Of a stretch of 64,000 bases of DNA, positions 60,095 to 64,000 are shown one piece after another; position 1 is the first letter of the stretch, and each line of letters starts with the position of its first letter. The translations under genes and the position numbers were made by a program. The DNA is taken from positions 43,027 through 107,026 of the forward strand of contig JBHIAI010000001.1 in assembly GCA_046861655.1 (NCBI GenBank), read 5' to 3'. The notes beneath the pieces were generated by a model that did not search any database, was not told the origin of the DNA, and worked only from the letters and a program-made list of their open reading frames with translations. The DNA comes from Fidelibacterota bacterium. GTDB lineage: Bacteria; Fidelibacterota; Marinisomatia; Marinisomatales; S15-B10.

Positions 60095-60805
60095 ATGCAG
60101 GTTGGGGCCATCATCGCCGGGGCTGGAGAAAGTATGAGGTTTTCTCAAGGAATGTCCTCATCCTCCGTCACAGACCGGAAACAATTCAGACTCCTGGGTG
60201 GTGAACCTCTTGTCTTTGTGACACTGCGTCCCTTTCTTGAATGCGATCTGATTGATTCCGTGGTCCTGGTGGTTCCCGAGGAGGCCCTGGACTGGACGGA
60301 GCAAAGGATACGGAACAACCGGTGGCAAAAGGGCGTCCGTGTGGTCCCCGGCGGGCTCCAGCGTCAGGAGAGTGTCCGCAATGGCCTCGAGGCCGTGCCA
60401 GACAGGTGTGAGGTGGTGGTGGTCCAGGATGCGGCTCGTCCGTTCGTTAGAGTATCCTGGATTGAAGAGACGGCCCGCCTGTGCGCCGAATACGATGGGG
60501 CCATCGTGGCGGTGAAGACCGGCGACACCCTGAAGCGGGTTGAGGAGGGGGTCGTACTGGAAACCGTTGAGCGGCGGGGGGTATGGCAGGCCCAGACCCC
60601 CCAAGCGTTCCGGAAGGCGTCTCTGGTTTCCGCTTTCAACCGGGCCGCTTCAATGGGATGGAAGGGAACCGACGAAGCTCAGCTGGTTGAACGTGATGGA
60701 GGCCGCGTGGCTGTAGTCCAGGGAAGTCCCTTGAACATTAAGATCACCTCGCCCGAGGACTGGGCGTTAGCGGAATCCCTGTGGGAGGGGTCAAAAGGTG
60801 ATTAG
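60095..60805 (+). CDS. ispD: MEP cytidylyltransferase
   Basis: AGAGESMRF, KQF, RQESV, QTPQAF, NIKIT. Confidence 0.92.
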   Translation: MQVGAIIAGAGESMRFSQGMSSSSVTDRKQFRLLGGEPLVFVTLRPFLECDLIDSVVLVVPEEALDWTEQRIRNNRWQKGVRVVPGGLQRQESVRNGLEAVPDRCEVVVVQDAARPFVRVSWIEETARLCAEYDGAIVAVKTGDTLKRVEEGVVLETVERRGVWQAQTPQAFRKASLVSAFNRAASMGWKGTDEAQLVERDGGRVAVVQGSPLNIKITSPEDWALAESLWEGSKGD

Positions 60806-61286
60806 GGCCGGTATCGGTTATGACGTTCACCGGCTGGAGAAAGGTATCCCCCTGATTCTCGGGGGCGCGGACATTCCCCATGAAAAAGGGGCCGTGGGAC
60901 ACTCCGATGGTGATGTTCTATGCCATGCAGTGGTGGACGCGGTTCTCGGGGCGGCGAACCTGGGAGATATTGGGACCCATTTCCCAAGCGAGGAAAACCA
61001 GTGGAAGGGGGTTTCCAGTCTTGTGTTTCTCACGCGGGTGGCTGAAGCCATCAGACAGAAGGGATACTCCCTCGTGAACATCGATTGTACAGTGATTCTC
61101 CAGAATCCCAGGATTGACCGTCATGTGGGAAGGATGAAGGGAGCCATGGCCCATGCCCTGAGCATCGATATCCATCAGATTTCCATTAAGGCCACCACCA
61201 CCGACACCCTGGGGTTTATTGGAGACGAGGACGGGATAGCCGCCATGGCCGTAGTCACGTTGTCTCTTCCCGCCTCCCGATCGTAG
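60798..61286 (+). CDS. ispF: MECDP synthase
   Basis: GIGYDVH, GHSDGDV, DIGTHFP, KATT. Confidence 0.96.
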   Translation: MIRAGIGYDVHRLEKGIPLILGGADIPHEKGAVGHSDGDVLCHAVVDAVLGAANLGDIGTHFPSEENQWKGVSSLVFLTRVAEAIRQKGYSLVNIDCTVILQNPRIDRHVGRMKGAMAHALSIDIHQISIKATTTDTLGFIGDEDGIAAMAVVTLSLPASRS

Positions 61287-61296
61287 GGTCCGGACC

Positions 61297-62139
61297 ATTC
61301 CTGAATTCTTTTCCCATGGGAAAATCAATGTGGGGCTCAGGATCACCGGTGTGCGTCCGGACGGTTACCACACCATCCAGACCGTGTACCAGGAAGTCAC
61401 TCTCTCCGACAGAATAACCCTTGATCCTGTTGATTCGGGCTGGGAGTTTTCATCCAGCGGTGAGGAGATTCCCTGGGACGAGGGGAATCTTGCGGTGAAG
61501 GCATACCTGGTGCTGAAGGATCTTTTCTCCCGGTTGGGGGGCGCAAGAATCCATGTGGACAAAAAAATTCCCGTGGGTGCTGGACTTGGAGGTGGTTCCA
61601 GTAACGCGGCCACGGTTCTCAAAGGACTCAATGATCTGTATGGTCTCGGTCTATCCCTGGACCGCCTGGAGGAGATGGGCCTGGGTCTGGGAGCGGATGT
61701 GCCCTTTTTCATCCGGGGGGGCACCCAGGCCGCCGAAGGGATTGGTGAGAAACTCACCCCTGTTTCCCTTCCTCCCGGGGAGGTTATCGGTCTTGTGGTT
61801 CCCCCCATTCGTGTATCCACCCGGTGGGCGTACGCCGAGGCCACAAAGAGCTTGTCTCAGGGAGGCTCCGGGGGTAATTTTATAAGCTATTTAAAAGCCT
61901 CGCCTTCATGGGAGCTTTTTGAGAACGATTTTGAATCTCTGGTATTTCCAGCATATCCAGAGATTGGCACCATCAAGAGGCGGTTAACCCAGATGGGTGC
62001 AGTTTTTGCCAGTCTGTCGGGTAGTGGCTCGACTGTGTTTGGAATCTTCAGGGATGACGTTCAGGCCCGCCGGGCCCTGAAGGTCTTCTCCCCTCCATTC
62101 CAGACCTTTCTCACTCACCCGATTCAAATTGAGAATTGA
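61297..62139 (+). CDS. ispE: CDP-ME kinase (start codon uncertain)
   Basis: KINVGL, RPDGYH, GAGLGGGSSNAA, GADVPFF, SGSGSTVFG. Confidence 0.92.
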   Translation: MPEFFSHGKINVGLRITGVRPDGYHTIQTVYQEVTLSDRITLDPVDSGWEFSSSGEEIPWDEGNLAVKAYLVLKDLFSRLGGARIHVDKKIPVGAGLGGGSSNAATVLKGLNDLYGLGLSLDRLEEMGLGLGADVPFFIRGGTQAAEGIGEKLTPVSLPPGEVIGLVVPPIRVSTRWAYAEATKSLSQGGSGGNFISYLKASPSWELFENDFESLVFPAYPEIGTIKRRLTQMGAVFASLSGSGSTVFGIFRDDVQARRALKVFSPPFQTFLTHPIQIEN

Positions 62140-62212
62140 TAATTGACCCTTGATCATTGAAAACCGAGAAACCTACTTCGCATTCAGATTCATGCAATTA
62201 TCAATTAAGAGG

Positions 62213-62283
62213 TGCCGGGTCGTCTAAAGGCAGGACAGCGGCCTTTGGAGCCGTTAATCCAGGTTCGAGTCCTGGCCCGGCAG
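62213..62283 (+). tRNA. tRNA-Gln(TTG), CCA not encoded
   Basis: Acceptor TGCCGGG/CCCGGCA; anticodon arm GCGGC-CTTTGGA-GCCGT; T-loop TTCGAGT; ispE-tRNA-prs synteny. Confidence 0.95.
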
Positions 62284-62314
62284 CGTTCAGACCGGATACA
62301 AGCGGGAGAGTAGG

Positions 62315-63247
62315 ATGAAACTATTCAGCGGCCGTTCCAATGTTCCTTTTGCCCGGGCTGTGGCCCAACATTTGGGCATCTCCCTGGGCGAGGTAGCCAT
62401 CACCCAGTTCAGCGATGGGGAAATCTGGGTGAAGTATGAGGAGAATATCCGCGGCCAGGATGTGTTCATCATTCAGTCCACTCATCCACCGGCGGAAAAC
62501 ATCCTGGAGCTGATTCTCATGATCGATGCGGCGGTGAGGGCTTCGGCCCAGCGGGTGACGGCGGTGATTCCCTATTACGGATACGGAAGGCAGGACAGGA
62601 AAGAGCAGGCCCGGGTACCCATTTCTGCCCGGGTCATGATGGACCTGATGGGAAGCGTGGGTGCGAACCGGGTGTTGACCATGGATCTCCATTCGGCGCA
62701 GATTCAGGGTTTTACCAATATGCCGTTTGACCATCTGTACGCACGGCGGATCATTTTCGAACGGTTGAGGGAGTTTGACCTTTCCCTGGAGGGTTCTGTG
62801 ATACTGGCGCCGGACACCGGGAGCGCCCCCATGGCCCAATCCTTCGCCAAGCATCTGGGGGTGGGGTTCGCCCTGGTGGACAAGCGTCGTCCCGCTCCCA
62901 ACGAGGCGGAGATTGCCCATCTTATTGGGGAGATGGATGGCAAAGAAGTGTTCATCATCGATGACATGATCGACACGGGGGGCACGATTATCAGTGCTGC
63001 AGGGGCCGCGAAAGATCAGGGGGCCAAGATGGTGCAAGCAGTGGCCACTCACGGGATCTTTTCCGGGGATGCCTCTCAAAGAATCCAGGCGTCAGAGATC
63101 GACCACGTCATCATATCTGACACCGTCAATCTCCCTCCGGCGAAGCAGTTTGACAAACTGGAAGTCATCTCTGTGGCGGCCCTGTTCGCCAAGGGAATCC
63201 AGTGCATTCACAACGGGGAGTCCATCAGCGCACTGTTTGAGTTTTAG
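62315..63247 (+). CDS. prs: Ribose-phosphate pyrophosphokinase
   Basis: FSDGE, YGYGRQDRK, DLHSAQIQGF, IDDMIDTGGT. Confidence 0.97.
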   Translation: MKLFSGRSNVPFARAVAQHLGISLGEVAITQFSDGEIWVKYEENIRGQDVFIIQSTHPPAENILELILMIDAAVRASAQRVTAVIPYYGYGRQDRKEQARVPISARVMMDLMGSVGANRVLTMDLHSAQIQGFTNMPFDHLYARRIIFERLREFDLSLEGSVILAPDTGSAPMAQSFAKHLGVGFALVDKRRPAPNEAEIAHLIGEMDGKEVFIIDDMIDTGGTIISAAGAAKDQGAKMVQAVATHGIFSGDASQRIQASEIDHVIISDTVNLPPAKQFDKLEVISVAALFAKGIQCIHNGESISALFEF

Positions 63248-63296
63248 TAAGGACTGTAGGATTCTGTTCGAACCCTACAGTCCTAAGGAGTGAATC

Positions 63297-63989
63297 ATGG
63301 TTACCGAATTCAAATTGGAGCTGGAAAAAAGGGAAGAAGTCGGGAAGCGAGCGGTAAAACAGATCCGTCAGGAGGGAAAGATCCCCGGCGTATTCTATTC
63401 CTCAACGGGGAAGGCCATCCCGTTCACTATTGATCGGAAGCACCTTCATGAGGCTCTGCACGCTCAGTCCCGTGTCTACGCGGTCCAGGTCGGAGGGAAG
63501 AAACTCCATGCCATCTTTAAGGAATTCCAGTATCATCCCGTTACGGATGATATTCTTCACGTGGACCTCTACGGCGTCCGGCTAAAGGATAAGATACGCA
63601 TCATGGTTCCCATCGTCCTCGAGGGTGAAGCCGAGGGAGTGCGGAAGGGCGGGATTCTTACCCAGGCGCTCACCGAGGTGGAAATCCGCTGTCTGGCCAG
63701 TGAAGTGCCGGACGATATTCGTATAGATGTGTCGGCCCTGGAGGTCGGCGACAGTATTCACGCTGAAGACCTGGTTTCGGCGGGTGTGGAAATCCTCGCC
63801 AATCCGGACACCACGGTCGTGTCGTTGCAGGCGCCTAAGGAGGAGGTTATTGAAGAGGTTGTAGAGGAAGAGCTGGTAGAGGAAGAGGAAGTGGAACCGA
63901 CGGGTGAAGAGGAAGAAGAGGCGGAACCGGCTCCTGAGGAAGGCGACGAAAAAGAGGGCGGCAAGAAGAAAGAGGAATCGCCGGGTTGA
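63297..63989 (+). CDS. rplY: 50S ribosomal protein L25/Ctc
   Basis: GKIPGVFY, QYHPVTDDILHVD, GVRKGG; acidic tail. Confidence 0.95.
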   Translation: MVTEFKLELEKREEVGKRAVKQIRQEGKIPGVFYSSTGKAIPFTIDRKHLHEALHAQSRVYAVQVGGKKLHAIFKEFQYHPVTDDILHVDLYGVRLKDKIRIMVPIVLEGEAEGVRKGGILTQALTEVEIRCLASEVPDDIRIDVSALEVGDSIHAEDLVSAGVEILANPDTTVVSLQAPKEEVIEEVVEEELVEEEEVEPTGEEEEEAEPAPEEGDEKEGGKKKEESPG

Positions 63990-64000
63990 TTGCGTTTATC

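Noticed and set aside
62213..62283. tRNA-Gln as an island attachment site
   Set aside because: Normal ispE-tRNA-prs context; no duplicated 3' end seen in the window
1..64000. CRISPR array or rRNA
   Set aside because: No regularly spaced 25-40 bp repeats, cas genes or rRNA signatures seen

Overview
A GC-rich bacterial chromosomal window with no rRNA, CRISPR array, integrase or transposase. A TonB receptor with a DUF4249-type lipoprotein, a secreted protein with a FlgD/T9SS-like C-terminal sorting domain and a dinB-dnaE2 pairing suggest an FCB-group organism such as Marinimicrobia; the taxon is inference. 1-25 kb holds transport, redox and repair genes, and 45-64 kb is mostly housekeeping (uvrA, tkt, ruvB, queA, ispDFE, tRNA-Gln, prs, rplY). 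The unusual part is 25.5-45 kb, with three main signals. (1) An error-prone DnaE2-type polymerase is split cleanly, without inteins, into a PHP-domain ORF (33146-33916) and a catalytic ORF (~42793-45213). An 8.9-kb block carrying lrp, glnA and two related RelBE-type toxin-antitoxin pairs lies between them. (2) A CI/LexA-like HTH-S24 regulator appears to have lost both catalytic residues. It sits back-to-back with a near-consensus promoter driving a ~460-nt multi-domain structured RNA with pseudoknot or switch potential, followed by an unannotated 52-aa basic ORF. (3) A 16-bp palindrome, TCCCGCC-NN-GGCGGGA, recurs at least seven times, mostly inside or beside DNA-repair genes. All calls come from reading the sequence and recalling motifs; no searches were run.
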